Of a stretch of 64,000 bases of DNA, positions 9,840-20,661 are shown one piece after another. Origin of the DNA: a virus (lineage: Duplodnaviria; Caudoviricetes). The notes beneath the pieces are model-generated. The model did not search any database. It was given only the letters and a program-made list of their open reading frames with translations, and was not told the DNA's origin. The stretch's first letter is position 1, and each line of letters opens with the position of its first letter. A program made the position numbers and the translations under genes. The DNA lies in the IMG/VR virus record IMGVR_UViG_3300021431_004509, positions 32,001 through 96,000 of that record. One strand, 5' to 3'.

Positions 9840-10853
9840 TTACGCGCCGATGGTGTAGCAGCCGATGCCGGGGTTGCCGTTGGCAAGCAGAATACCGGTG
9901 CCGTACTTCTGGCCGTACACATACTCCTGGGTCAGGTCAGCGTTGTCGACAGCATCGCGCGGGATCACCAGAGGATCGCCCTCCCAGACAAACTTCAGGG
10001 GCTTGTCATCGCCGGAGATGACGGTCAGCATGTTGTCGTCCATAGCAAACTCGGTGGAACCGACCTTGTGGCGCTGAGGGATCGCCATGCAATTGGTGCC
10101 GTAGAAGTTGCCGTAGTAACCCATGTTGTGCAGCTCTTCCTTCGCACCGTCACTCTGGATGGACTCACGCAGATTCCGCAGAGCCTTCTTGGTGCCGATG
10201 ATGGTGGCCTTCTTGCCGCCGGAAGCAGCCTCAACATGCTCGATCAGGTCAAGCATCTTCCCCTCATCGTAAGCGCCGGCGATAGCATAGGTAGAACCAA
10301 GCTTGGCGGCGGTGGCAGCGCTTGTCCACAGAGAGTAGATGTCGTTGAGCATCTGACGGCGGAAGCTCTCGCCAACCTTGTTGATCATGTGGTTGAAATC
10401 CACACGGCCTGCCAGGATGCGGTTGAGCTCCTCGTAGATGCGGACAATATGCATCTCGGTGGGAATGGACACGGACTCAACGCCGTCCAGGCGCTGACGA
10501 CGGATGCCCTGAGTACCGTCTGCAGCCTTGGCGACCACAAACAGATCGTTGTTCTCGGTGACGAATTCATTCTGGTCACCCTCGGCAACGTTGCGGAAAT
10601 CGACGAGGTTCATGAAGAACTCATCGCCGGTCAGACCTTCGACCACGGTGTTGGCCAGAATGGTCTCGATAATAGCAAACAGGCCGTTGCACTTGCCGTC
10701 GCGGATCGCGCGATAGTCGACCTTGGTAGAACCGTTGTTCGCCTCAATCAGAGCCTGCCGCAGCGTGTCGGTAGCCTCTCTGGCGCTGTACTTCTCGACA
10801 GTGTTATGGTAGGCGTCAACCGCCAGCTTGACAATGTCATTCATTTCAGCCAT
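9840..10853 (-). CDS. Major capsid protein
   Basis: 337 aa, strongest codon bias, follows scaffold and decoration genes. Confidence 0.8.
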   Translation of the reverse strand: MAEMNDIVKLAVDAYHNTVEKYSAREATDTLRQALIEANNGSTKVDYRAIRDGKCNGLFAIIETILANTVVEGLTGDEFFMNLVDFRNVAEGDQNEFVTENNDLFVVAKAADGTQGIRRQRLDGVESVSIPTEMHIVRIYEELNRILAGRVDFNHMINKVGESFRRQMLNDIYSLWTSAATAAKLGSTYAIAGAYDEGKMLDLIEHVEAASGGKKATIIGTKKALRNLRESIQSDGAKEELHNMGYYGNFYGTNCMAIPQRHKVGSTEFAMDDNMLTVISGDDKPLKFVWEGDPLVIPRDAVDNADLTQEYVYGQKYGTGILLANGNPGIGCYTIGA

Positions 10854-10890
10854 TGTAATTTCCTCCTTAAAACAAAATAGCCTGGTCGGA

Positions 10891-11415
10891 TTAACCGATC
10901 AGGATAACGAAGTAGGTGTGCTTGCCCACAACGTCGATGGCAATGATCTTGCCAACCTGGGTGGAGCCTGCAGTGGCAGAAGCAGCCACATTCAGCTTGG
11001 TGCCGGCCTTCAGCTCGACAACATTGCCGATCGCAGGATTCTCGACGCCGTCGAGAGCAGCCTTGGTCACGGAGAAGATGCCGCCCTCGTGAAGCCGATA
11101 ACCGCGGCAAATCTTGCCCTCAGCATTGAAATAGTTTTCCAGACCCTTGATACGCTCGTCATACAGCACCTCGGGGGAAGCGACAAGGACAACGTCCTTC
11201 AGCGCAGTATTGGCGGCGGGGGCGGAGCCGACAAAAACCTCGCGCTCATAACCGTTGGTAGCATCGCCCTCCAGAGCGCCAACCTGCAGCACATTGCCGT
11301 TGTCGATCGCGGTGGGAGTCTTGCCGTCAGCACCAAGATACTTGATGGAGACGAGAGCTTCGCGGACGTCAGTGCCGCGCATATTGTCCGTACGAACAAC
11401 ACCATGAATAGCCAT
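10891..11415 (-). CDS. Head decoration/cement protein
   Basis: GGAGG RBS before MAIHGVV at 11415; between scaffold and capsid. Confidence 0.65.
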   Translation of the reverse strand: MAIHGVVRTDNMRGTDVREALVSIKYLGADGKTPTAIDNGNVLQVGALEGDATNGYEREVFVGSAPAANTALKDVVLVASPEVLYDERIKGLENYFNAEGKICRGYRLHEGGIFSVTKAALDGVENPAIGNVVELKAGTKLNVAASATAGSTQVGKIIAIDVVGKHTYFVILIG

Positions 11416-11437
11416 AGTTAATACCTCCTGATTTGTT

Positions 11438-13033
11438 TTAGTCGCGGCTTGTCCCAAATCTCTGGAACAGTCCGCCGTAAGGCTCGTTCTCTTCAGCCTC
11501 ATTCTGTTTCACGACTCTCAATTTGGGAGCCTTATCTTTTGCAGCAAATTTCTCGCTGGAGCTGTTGATTCTTCCCCTGATGGCGAAGCACTTCTCCTCC
11601 AGCTCGGCAATGCTGATGCCGTCGCATGCGCCTCTCAGCGCCTCAAAAGCGTCGCAGCCGGAAAGGTCCTCAAACGCAGCAAACACGCTCTCGCGCTCTG
11701 CGTCCTCATGTGCTTTCTCTGCGTTTGCCTTGTACTCACGGAGTTCCTGAATATCTGCTGTGTCCTGCTTCAGATGCTCCAGCTCGTCAGAAATCTTGTT
11801 GAATTTTTCTGACCACTCTTCGTCGTTCCGGTTATAAGCAGCCTCTGCTGCCTCGAACATCGCGCCCATCTCACTCGCAGCGCCGTCACCTGCGGCGTCA
11901 TCGAACTCAACAAACGCTCTCTTCATCCGCTTGCCGCTGTTGAAGTCAATAGCGGGAACGTCTCCGTTCATGGTAAACGGGAACCCGAAAATGTTCCAGG
12001 ACTGCGTATCTGTCGCATATACCATCCCGGCGTCTGCGTCATAATCCTCGAAACAATAGGCCGGTTCAAGACCCCACGGTTTCATGACTGTCTTCTCCCG
12101 AAGAGCGTCGCCAAGGACTTTGCGCATATTGCCGGAAAGCTCAAAATTCGCAGGGACGCCATCCTCCGCTGCCTGGTTGTCTTCATCCGCAGCGTCGGCT
12201 TTCATCGCCTCAAATTTTTCACGCAGCTCTTCAACAGAGAAATCGTCGATCGAAAAATCAAGCGCATCGGCGTCGAGCTCAAACTCAGCAAGCAATGCAA
12301 GTTTTTCGTCCAAAACTCTTCCTCCTTCCGTAAAAGTGTTTTCTTCTTGTGTATGTATCTCAATCTCCGCAGTTGGAGGATTGATCGTGGAGAATGTTTC
12401 TCTCAGCTCTGCCATCATCTGGTTCATCTTCTCCTTGAACGCAGAAGCTTCAAACACCTCAAGGGCGCTGCCCTCAAAGCACGGACTTGCAGATTCCAGC
12501 AGGCACAGAGCTTCAAACTCAAAGGAATCCACCGTGACATAGTCGGAGTCCTCATCCTTGTGAAATGCCAGAATGTTGACCTCCATTGAGTGGTCAACAT
12601 GCCCGTCAAGATCCTGTGTAATATGGCGGTAAACCTCCTGCCGCTTCCAAAGGATCACAGGCTCGATTTTCAGATAATTGTGCTCAACGCCGTTTTCATC
12701 CGTTTCTACAGAAAAAGACGCCTCCACACTCTCCGGCACAACACCGCACGGCTCTGTCAAATTGCGCAGACGAAATCCGTTTTCGTCCTTCACGAGTTCA
12801 ACATCGTGCGAACCGATTTCATTTGCCTCAATGTCGTAATGCGCAACAATCGGGATGTTACGCAGCGACGGCAGCGCCGCCTCAACAACATCCTGTGAGA
12901 AAGCACTGCCGTTTTGATTTTCGCCGGTATACATGACCTTCAGTTTCCCCTCCGCGAAGGAGGAGTTCAGGTCGACAATATTGTCAATGGATGCGCTGTC
13001 AAAGCGCAGATTCATTTTTGCCATGTCACTCAC
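11438..13033 (-). CDS. Prohead protease/scaffold
   Basis: N-terminal protease-like region (GxNxNGS, SH, HSME, LCLL..PCF) and acidic coiled-coil C-terminus. Confidence 0.75.
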   Translation of the reverse strand: MSDMAKMNLRFDSASIDNIVDLNSSFAEGKLKVMYTGENQNGSAFSQDVVEAALPSLRNIPIVAHYDIEANEIGSHDVELVKDENGFRLRNLTEPCGVVPESVEASFSVETDENGVEHNYLKIEPVILWKRQEVYRHITQDLDGHVDHSMEVNILAFHKDEDSDYVTVDSFEFEALCLLESASPCFEGSALEVFEASAFKEKMNQMMAELRETFSTINPPTAEIEIHTQEENTFTEGGRVLDEKLALLAEFELDADALDFSIDDFSVEELREKFEAMKADAADEDNQAAEDGVPANFELSGNMRKVLGDALREKTVMKPWGLEPAYCFEDYDADAGMVYATDTQSWNIFGFPFTMNGDVPAIDFNSGKRMKRAFVEFDDAAGDGAASEMGAMFEAAEAAYNRNDEEWSEKFNKISDELEHLKQDTADIQELREYKANAEKAHEDAERESVFAAFEDLSGCDAFEALRGACDGISIAELEEKCFAIRGRINSSSEKFAAKDKAPKLRVVKQNEAEENEPYGGLFQRFGTSRD

Positions 13034-13040
13034 CGCCGCT

Positions 13041-13232
13041 TTACTGGTCAGGGCGACCGGTGAAAACCAGCTTGGAACTGATCACCCTTTCCATGTCGTC
13101 CCCGATCTTTGCAGAAAATGATGGGTTGTTCAGAAAAACCCACATCTTCGCACTGTCATCAGCGTGTATCATGGCAAAGCCGATCCGCAGCAACTTGTCG
13201 CGATCAGCCTCCTTAAAAACATAGATAAACAT
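13041..13232 (-). CDS. Small hypothetical protein
   Basis: RBS and ORF between portal and protease. Confidence 0.6.
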   Translation of the reverse strand: MFIYVFKEADRDKLLRIGFAMIHADDSAKMWVFLNNPSFSAKIGDDMERVISSKLVFTGRPDQ

Positions 13233-13247
13233 AGCGATAACCTCTCT

Positions 13248-14741
13248 TTACCAATCGTCTGAGTCTTCTCTGGATTGTTCGCCGGAATCCGTCAGATCAC
13301 CATCTTCGACAGTCGGTCTGCCAGGTTCTCCGCCTGTCGGTGAATTGTTTGCCTGACTTATCTGCGCTGAGTTGCGCAGCGGTCGGAACATATCCTGGAG
13401 CCCAAGAACCTCTCCCTCAAGATAACTCATGCTGTCGATCTCTGCCTGGCCAAGCCCCTGAGACGCACAGTAGAAAGAGATCATTGGCATCCCATACTCA
13501 CACGCCTTCAGATATTGGTCGCCCATTTCCTTCCTGTTATATGGCGACACATCCAGGAAGGTTACCTTCCAGTACCTGCCATAGCTCTGACGCCGCAGGA
13601 AACGATTGACAACTTCCTCCAGACTCTTCACGATTCCAAAGGTAATCATCTGGTCCGCCTTAATGCTGAGCAGCAACGCGTTCGCAGAAGCCTTTGGATT
13701 GTTGAACAGCAGGGAAGACACACCGGCCGCCGTGAACAAATTCTGTTCCGAGTCGGCAACTGTGTCGTTTTCTCCATTGTTTGATCGTTCAAAGCTGATC
13801 TTACTCAACTCCATTGGCGAAAGGATCGATCCGATCTCCTCTGGCAGGATCGCATCAAGATTCTGCCAGAAGTCAACCGCTCTGTTGTAGTCGAGCTGCC
13901 ATTCGCCGTTGTCTGTGAGGCCGAGCTTCATCACGATCATGGCGTAGTTTTCCAGCGCCGTCTTCGTCAGTTTCAGATCTTTGTAATCTTCAATGTCGTA
14001 GAGCTCCCGCAAAATCCCAGCGAAAGGCGGCAGCGGGTAGTCCAGGATGTCTACGTTGCATTTAACAGCAAATGAATTTGGTGAGTCCAGTTCGATCCAC
14101 CTGCACTTTATCCTGTCTTTCTTGTAGATACTCTCATACTTGTACCGAAACTCTTCCGGATAAAACTCAAGCAGATCCTGGTGCGTGTCGAAATAGGAGA
14201 AATCAAACGTAACATTCAGCACGTTCTCCTCAATGGTAGTAATCTGACAGTAATCGCTTGGCAGCTGCTGGATGATGATATCATCAGGCGTTACCCACAT
14301 CGTCCCGTAAAAGACGTCCTCGCGCAAACAAACAGTCAGAATCTTGGGGAACTGGGACTTTACATGCATCGCAGACATCGCCGCAAGAACCTTTCTGTAA
14401 TTGCGGTTTACGGTTTCAATGTTCGCCTTCTTCGGGTCGATCTTATGCGGCGATACCACATAAGCCAGATCGGACAGACCTACAAAGTACTGTATCAATC
14501 TCCTGAAATGGGAGCTTGCCCCATACAGGTACAGCACGGCCTTCCGCAGCTGCTTTTCATAGCGATATGGGTTCGCAATGAAACGTGATATGTCTTCCTT
14601 CGTATACCGGACAAAGGTCGGCGTATTGCGGTAGTTGTTCAAATCCCTGGTGATCAGACGATTGATCAGCGCAAATCTCCTGGATAGACCAAATTCGCCC
14701 CTTACCTCGTTAGCTCCACCCGCGGGCTTCTTCTCTTCCAT
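13248..14741 (-). CDS. Portal protein
   Basis: 497 aa after terminase; GRP-containing acidic tail. Confidence 0.8.
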   Translation of the reverse strand: MEEKKPAGGANEVRGEFGLSRRFALINRLITRDLNNYRNTPTFVRYTKEDISRFIANPYRYEKQLRKAVLYLYGASSHFRRLIQYFVGLSDLAYVVSPHKIDPKKANIETVNRNYRKVLAAMSAMHVKSQFPKILTVCLREDVFYGTMWVTPDDIIIQQLPSDYCQITTIEENVLNVTFDFSYFDTHQDLLEFYPEEFRYKYESIYKKDRIKCRWIELDSPNSFAVKCNVDILDYPLPPFAGILRELYDIEDYKDLKLTKTALENYAMIVMKLGLTDNGEWQLDYNRAVDFWQNLDAILPEEIGSILSPMELSKISFERSNNGENDTVADSEQNLFTAAGVSSLLFNNPKASANALLLSIKADQMITFGIVKSLEEVVNRFLRRQSYGRYWKVTFLDVSPYNRKEMGDQYLKACEYGMPMISFYCASQGLGQAEIDSMSYLEGEVLGLQDMFRPLRNSAQISQANNSPTGGEPGRPTVEDGDLTDSGEQSREDSDDW

Positions 14742-16509
14742 AGGCTCTCGTCACCGTCCTCCTTCCGTATTTAGGTGCCTTCATAATGAAGTTGTCCTTT
14801 GTTAAAGATGTTGCGTTGTTCCGCCTTGCGGTCTTTGCCTCAATCTGAGTCGCAACATAGTAGTTGTAAGCGAGGCTGGAGTAGCGGTCCTTCCGCGCCC
14901 CCGCCTTTTCATATATCCTTACCCTTCCGTTCGTTTCGTCGTGCTGCAGTCGAACCAGCTCGTCAATTAAAAGCGTCGTGTTGATGTATGGCATCTGCAG
15001 CGCAAGCTTTTCAGGCGGGTTCAGCTTCGCATAACCGCCAACGTCGCACAGCAATTCGTCAGCGTCATACTCATTGACAAGCAGCCTGACGCGTCCGCTC
15101 CTGAATCCGTCACGCAGCAAGATCGCGCAGTCGCTGTTTACCTGTGCAGTTGCCTTCATCGCCCAAATTACTTTTGGTGCGTTCGGCACCGTGCAGCGTT
15201 CCGCCATCGTCTGGTCGTTGCAGCAGGAAAGGGCAGGGTAGACCTCCCCTGTATCCGGATCGCTGATATCCCTGACAAGGGCGTCGTAACATCCCATGCC
15301 TACGCCCTGGCAGTCCAGCACAATGTAGTCGCAGTCAAACTCGTCGAAGTACTTGCGAATCAGCAGTGCCTGATCGTCCGTATGCACGCCCTCCATTGAA
15401 TCCGTAAATACAAAATTACTGGTGTATCTCCCGGCCTTCGTCGGCGTCATCTGGTTGAGGAACACAGCTGTCGCGTCGTTGTTGTGCTTTTTGCTCGACA
15501 TCAATGCAATATCCGCAGAAAGGATACGGATCTCTCCCGGCTGTTTTGGCGGTATGGAAACATTGGATACGTTTTTACCTCCTCCAAATTTCGCCGCCAG
15601 CCGTGTGGGATACATTGGATATTTGAGATGGCGATTCTTCGCCACCACGTTGTAATCAAAAAAGGACCCGTCCCCTGCACCCCAGAAGACCGCGTCCATT
15701 TCCATCGCCCACTTGACTTCCGTAAAATCTGCCTCCGTCATCTCTGCCTCCACGTCGTCCATGAAAAGCAGATCCTCGATAACGGCAAGCTGCCACGGCA
15801 AGCCAACTATAAAATTGTCTTTTCCGCCGCGGAGCATTCGCACACAGGTGTCTGTGCATTTCAAATAGCTCCAGTGATCTTGATAGTAGCCTGAGCTGAA
15901 GTAAAGCGTACGGTTGCGCTCCTTCTGCTTTTCGGATTTCTTCTCTTCCTTGGTAAGCTCCGAGTAAACCGGCGCTCTCGCAGAGGAGAGGAACTTTCTC
16001 AGGATCGTGTCGATCGTGTCTTTGTTGATCAGGCGGAACTCGTCCAGAATCAGAACGTGTGCGCGGTTGCCTCGCGCGCTTTCGCCAGCCGTGACAACCT
16101 TGATATACGATCCGTTCCGGAACATGATGATAGCGTTCGTCCCGTTCACCTTCGTTTGCTTCCAGTCGATCTCGGCATTAAGCTCTCTGGAGAGCGGGAC
16201 AAGGTCTACCATGACCTTTTCTAAAATATTTATTGCCTGACCACGCGTCCCCGACGCAACACATATTTTTGTGTGCGGGTACAGGATTGCACGGAAGCAG
16301 CAATAAATCGCACATAAAAACGACTTTCCTTGACCTCTCGAAGCGATATAGATAAACACAACGTTGATGTTCATCATAAACAGCAGGATCTTCTGAAACA
16401 GCTTCAGTTCAAGATGCAGATAGTCCGCCGCAAAGCGGTGCGGATTCGCTCTGTAATACGCAGCCCAAAGCGCGGCCCCGTTCAGTATGCGCTCATATCT
16501 GGACGTCAT
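14710..16509 (-). CDS. terL: Terminase large subunit
   Basis: ASRGQGKS Walker A, ARGNR, LILDE Walker B, nuclease acidic motifs (SADIA, NDAT, KDRYSS). Confidence 0.92.
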   Translation of the reverse strand: MTSRYERILNGAALWAAYYRANPHRFAADYLHLELKLFQKILLFMMNINVVFIYIASRGQGKSFLCAIYCCFRAILYPHTKICVASGTRGQAINILEKVMVDLVPLSRELNAEIDWKQTKVNGTNAIIMFRNGSYIKVVTAGESARGNRAHVLILDEFRLINKDTIDTILRKFLSSARAPVYSELTKEEKKSEKQKERNRTLYFSSGYYQDHWSYLKCTDTCVRMLRGGKDNFIVGLPWQLAVIEDLLFMDDVEAEMTEADFTEVKWAMEMDAVFWGAGDGSFFDYNVVAKNRHLKYPMYPTRLAAKFGGGKNVSNVSIPPKQPGEIRILSADIALMSSKKHNNDATAVFLNQMTPTKAGRYTSNFVFTDSMEGVHTDDQALLIRKYFDEFDCDYIVLDCQGVGMGCYDALVRDISDPDTGEVYPALSCCNDQTMAERCTVPNAPKVIWAMKATAQVNSDCAILLRDGFRSGRVRLLVNEYDADELLCDVGGYAKLNPPEKLALQMPYINTTLLIDELVRLQHDETNGRVRIYEKAGARKDRYSSLAYNYYVATQIEAKTARRNNATSLTKDNFIMKAPKYGRRTVTRAYGREEARGWS

Positions 16510-17537
16510 CCGCCATCACCGCCGCCGGAGAAGATCTGGTTGAACAATTCCTCGTCGTCGTCTTCTTCAACCTCATCGTTCTCGATTCGGTATTCGGCAA
16601 GCGCGTCTTCATACATCTTGCAGTATGTATTTTTAATTCCAAGCATCTTGCATAGATGCCCGAGAAACCATGTCGTCACATACTTTACAATATGGTCCAC
16701 ATCTTTCAGCTCCGGGTCTGGCTCCGGTACCGGACGCTTGTTCTCCCAGCGATCGATCCAGATGCCAAACGGCGTTTTGTCAAACGCCGCGTCGCCCTCG
16801 CTGCCTTGCCCCATGCGCTGGTTCAAACTGTTGATCAGCTTGTCCAACATACCGATCTGTTTTTCAACCGCCTTCCCGTTAGCACGGTCTCGGTTGATGT
16901 CGATCTCAAGGTTGCATATCTGCCGGATCAATGCTTCCATTCCGGCGTCCATCGTTGTACCGTCAGGCAAATTGTTCTGCCAGTAGAGTCTTCTCTGTTC
17001 GAGGCTCTGGTACATCTCTGCGTCGTACCCGGGCCCCCAGTATTCAATGGTACTCTCCGATATATCGTCAATGCTGACGTCTATTTGCGTCGGTGCCTCT
17101 TTGATGCTCTCGATAACGCGATCAATATCTACATCCGTCTCTGCCTGTTTTGTCTCTGCAACCTCGCCCCATAGTGCTCCTTCTTCGCGCAGCGTATCGT
17201 CGTACGATTTCCCGGAATACTGTGCATTGTTGATCCTCGATACATAACTTGCAAACACGGACCTCGTCCCATGCTTCTTCGAAGCCGTAATGTAAATGTC
17301 TCTGTTCCAGTATAAATCGAGCTTCCTGCACATTTGCCGCGTTGCTTTTTCTTCGTCGCCACATTCTGTATAGTACGCGCTGAACATCTTGCTGACGCAC
17401 TCCCTGCAGTACGGCATAAACCCAGTACCTTTGTATAAATAGGCATAGCTCGGCAGGAAATACCCGCTCAGTTTTCCATATGCGCGCCCGCATTTTCTGC
17501 ACACAGTGCTGGATGCGTTGATCTCAATCCCGGCCAT
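16506..17537 (-). CDS. Putative terminase small subunit with Zn finger
   Basis: CxxC...CxxC at N-terminus; directly upstream of terL. Confidence 0.55.
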   Translation of the reverse strand: MAGIEINASSTVCRKCGRAYGKLSGYFLPSYAYLYKGTGFMPYCRECVSKMFSAYYTECGDEEKATRQMCRKLDLYWNRDIYITASKKHGTRSVFASYVSRINNAQYSGKSYDDTLREEGALWGEVAETKQAETDVDIDRVIESIKEAPTQIDVSIDDISESTIEYWGPGYDAEMYQSLEQRRLYWQNNLPDGTTMDAGMEALIRQICNLEIDINRDRANGKAVEKQIGMLDKLINSLNQRMGQGSEGDAAFDKTPFGIWIDRWENKRPVPEPDPELKDVDHIVKYVTTWFLGHLCKMLGIKNTYCKMYEDALAEYRIENDEVEEDDDEELFNQIFSGGGDGG

Positions 17538-18007
17538 TACAGCGCCTCGTCTTCCTCGTCGTCGTACACCGGCTTCGGTAAATAGCTGTCCGGGTCGTCG
17601 TCGTCCTTTTGCAAACCAAACACACGGGCAGCAGCAAGTAGTCTTTGGCCTGGTCTGAATTTCGGTCTGAACCCAGCCGGGATCTCATGCCAGATTTCTT
17701 CGTTTGGTTCACGTACCCTGTGGGCCGCTGCGTGTCTCACACTAAGTGTCCCAAAGTTCCTGATATTCACTGTCTCGCCGTGTCTCATCGCGTCTTCTAC
17801 CAGACACAGCATCGCGTCCAAAATATTCTGGACGTCCGTCGCCGTGTACAGCATACGTTTGTCGGCACGCGCAACAGAGAACGTTGCGTCGGCACCGCTG
17901 CTTTCCTGTGTTACGCGGAAAGTCTCGTTTTTTAATGTAATCGGCTTGCGGATATCGTTTTCTCTCAGGACATCCACTGTAGCCGTGATCAGTTCCTTTT
18001 TATTCAT
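17537..18007 (-). CDS. HU/IHF-family DNA-binding protein
   Basis: MNKKELI start, IRNFGTL, PKFRPG motifs. Confidence 0.85.
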   Translation of the reverse strand: MNKKELITATVDVLRENDIRKPITLKNETFRVTQESSGADATFSVARADKRMLYTATDVQNILDAMLCLVEDAMRHGETVNIRNFGTLSVRHAAAHRVREPNEEIWHEIPAGFRPKFRPGQRLLAAARVFGLQKDDDDPDSYLPKPVYDDEEDEAL

Positions 18008-18027
18008 AATCCTCTCGTCCTCCTGCC

Positions 18028-19047
18028 TTACAGATCGGAAAGCTGCGCTTTGTTTGGGACGCAGATATCCCCGTCCTTGAAGAACATTGCAAGCTTTTCG
18101 TCTTTGGAACTGTCGTCATAGATTTTCAGCATTTCCGATGACGACCATCCGATAATATCCACCACGACACTGTCTGGTATGCCAGCCTTGATCAGGCTCG
18201 TGCAATAAAAATGTCTCAGTGAATGAAAATAAAAGTCTTTCCCCGTGATCTTGCTGAAGCTGGCTGCCCAGCTGTTTAACGTAGATTCCGACAGGGGAGA
18301 CTTCCAGTCGGACGGAGAAACAAAAAGCAGCTCGCTTTCAATACCAAGTTCGTCGCGCTGCGTAAGCCACGCGTTCAAATATGGTGTAAATTTCTTCGCG
18401 AGCGTATAGCACTCCAGATACTTATTCCCTTTTGTAAGAATCGGGGCGCTCTGATAAAGCGCCCCGTCACAAACAAGTCTATCTTCTGTGAAATCATCAA
18501 CGCGAAATCTGCATAACTCAGCTTTCCTACGCCCGCCGTACATAGCAAGCGCAACACAGCACGCCTTCTGATACTCGTGTTTTTCCATCAGCCGATGCAG
18601 CAAAGTTTCCAGCTCGTCCTCAGACCACACCGTTTTCTCTCTCACCGGCTGCAATGTCGGGTCCGCAATCTTCCGCACGATCGGCCTGAATTCTTTGAAT
18701 TCTTCCTCTTCGTCCAATACTGCCTCTATAAAATTCGACAGGGAGCTGATCGCAGATTTGATCCTCCGCACACGCGCAGGGCTGTTCCCATTCTCGTTGA
18801 TCATCCAGTTTTGGAATGCGACAATGTCTCTTTTGCTGACTTTTTGAAACGCCTTGTTGTTTGCATTCTGAAGCACCCAACAAAAGAAAATTGCAAGATC
18901 TGAATCGTATTGCCTGCGCGTCCCCTCGCTTCTGTTGAGTGCCTTCAGGTAATCCAGAAATTCCTTCTTCAGGCGAAGATTTTCTGGATTCACCTGCGCA
19001 AGCAATTCTGGCGAAGTCAGCTTGTTCTGCTTTGTCTTCCTCGGCAT
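18028..19047 (-). CDS. Tyrosine recombinase
   Basis: GGRRKAE (R), HSLRH, GW, Y catalytic residues. Confidence 0.88.
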   Translation of the reverse strand: MPRKTKQNKLTSPELLAQVNPENLRLKKEFLDYLKALNRSEGTRRQYDSDLAIFFCWVLQNANNKAFQKVSKRDIVAFQNWMINENGNSPARVRRIKSAISSLSNFIEAVLDEEEEFKEFRPIVRKIADPTLQPVREKTVWSEDELETLLHRLMEKHEYQKACCVALAMYGGRRKAELCRFRVDDFTEDRLVCDGALYQSAPILTKGNKYLECYTLAKKFTPYLNAWLTQRDELGIESELLFVSPSDWKSPLSESTLNSWAASFSKITGKDFYFHSLRHFYCTSLIKAGIPDSVVVDIIGWSSSEMLKIYDDSSKDEKLAMFFKDGDICVPNKAQLSDL

Positions 19048-19100
19048 AAAAGCCTCCTTCCCGTAATATTCATATAATTTACATGACTGTTAAAAAAGAA

Positions 19101-20309
19101 TTACGACAGATCAATGTCGTAGTGGCAGCGGATACCGTTTTCATCACAAACGCATACCATCTGTTCCGGTACTCCGTAAATCCTCTTCTCCACGCAGAAG
19201 CTGTCCATTCCCTGGAAGCTGCCAGCCATCACAGTTCTCACACCCTGCACATTATCCGTCGCATTATGGTGTTTATGGCCGCACAATACTGCGTACAGCG
19301 GCTGCCGCACCATGGTCTGCAAGGACTGGACCTTACCGTATGAGCCATCGAAATCACCGTGTACCATGCAGTAGTTTTTACCGCGTATGGAGAACATCGA
19401 CATGGTTTCGTCAAGTTTGTGTTCTGCAGAATTGATCTCTATGTTCTCTATGTTTTGGAGCCTCGCCTCAAGGTACCATTCCACCAAATTGTCAAGCCGC
19501 TCAGAAACAAGCGAGTTCTCTTTGTTCGGTTCGATACGGCTGTGATTTCCAGCAACGCTTACGAAACGAACCGTCCTGAAGTGTTTGCTCAACTCAGACA
19601 GAAACCATGCAATCAGCTCCGACACGCCGATCACCTGTTCGATCACGTTCTCTTTGTTCGTTACCTGTATGCTTCTATGGATAGACCCGCTGATCAAATC
19701 ACCAGCCGCCCATACAGTACAGTTTTCACAGTGATGCAGCTCAGTGATCTCAACGATCTTATCAAGATAATCACACAGCGCACGCTTGAACACGTCGGAG
19801 TCGTATCGCCTCCATGCGTTTCTAAAGCACGCCCCATAGTGTATATCGTTCAGTGACACAAGAAGGTCTGAATCGCCGTATGGCATCGGCCCGAATGGCG
19901 GCTCCTTATCTCCGACCGGGAGGACTGGCAGCTCACCTGCTCGGATGCAGCTCTGAATAATATCATTCAGTTCTTCTTCTCTCGCGCGATCTCGCACCAT
20001 CTTGCTGTACGCCATTCTCTGGTCGTAAAATTTCTGCCGCTCTTTGCGCAGCTCGACCATCTTTTCGTCAAGCTCCTGGCTGATATCGTCTCCTGACTGT
20101 GCTGCCGCTTCTTCGCCGATCAGGTCAAGCGTTTTCTTGCTCCCATAGAGCATCCTCCGTGCCACATCGCTTGAATACGCTTTCCCGTACAGCCTTTCTG
20201 ACAATTCTGAATAGTCGTAGTCAGAGAGCGTCTTGTCATCCAGTTTCCCGTAGACGAGCCGCTTATGATATTGAAGCGCGCTCTCCCCGTCTCTTCTCTC
20301 CAGATCCAT
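19101..20309 (-). CDS. Calcineurin-like metallophosphoesterase
   Basis: DIH, GD, GNH, HGD, GHxH motifs. Confidence 0.85.
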   Translation of the reverse strand: MDLERRDGESALQYHKRLVYGKLDDKTLSDYDYSELSERLYGKAYSSDVARRMLYGSKKTLDLIGEEAAAQSGDDISQELDEKMVELRKERQKFYDQRMAYSKMVRDRAREEELNDIIQSCIRAGELPVLPVGDKEPPFGPMPYGDSDLLVSLNDIHYGACFRNAWRRYDSDVFKRALCDYLDKIVEITELHHCENCTVWAAGDLISGSIHRSIQVTNKENVIEQVIGVSELIAWFLSELSKHFRTVRFVSVAGNHSRIEPNKENSLVSERLDNLVEWYLEARLQNIENIEINSAEHKLDETMSMFSIRGKNYCMVHGDFDGSYGKVQSLQTMVRQPLYAVLCGHKHHNATDNVQGVRTVMAGSFQGMDSFCVEKRIYGVPEQMVCVCDENGIRCHYDIDLS

Positions 20310-20557
20310 CAGCGCTTCCTCCGCGCGCCCTGCTTTGTCGTATCGCTGTAGCTATACCTCGCCGTGTAAATAACACCGCGCTGTCTGATACGATCAAGAT
20401 ACGCCATCGCACCCGGGCGCTCCTCGCAGAAGTAGTGCTTCCGCTTGGAGTCCTGCTTCATTGTACGCGCAATGCACAGGTCGGGATATTTCTTCAGCAA
20501 CATTTCTTTTTCTTCTTTTGTAACAGGAACCATTAAGGTTAACTTCATTCCCTTCAT
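20309..20557 (-). CDS. Small basic protein
   Basis: ORF coupled to downstream gene. Confidence 0.6.
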   Translation of the reverse strand: MKGMKLTLMVPVTKEEKEMLLKKYPDLCIARTMKQDSKRKHYFCEERPGAMAYLDRIRQRGVIYTARYSYSDTTKQGARRKR

Positions 20558-20570
20558 TCATTTTTATAGG

Positions 20571-20661
20571 GTACTACTCCCTACCATAGAAAGACACTCA
20601 TCAAAAAGCCCGCAAACCCGCATGAATACTAACTTTTTAAGGCATCCCCAATGTAAACATT
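20571..20661 (-). promoter_or_regulatory. 91-bp conserved element, copy A (candidate phage promoter or protein-binding site)
   Basis: Ungapped similarity to 42866-42956 on the opposite strand. Confidence 0.6.
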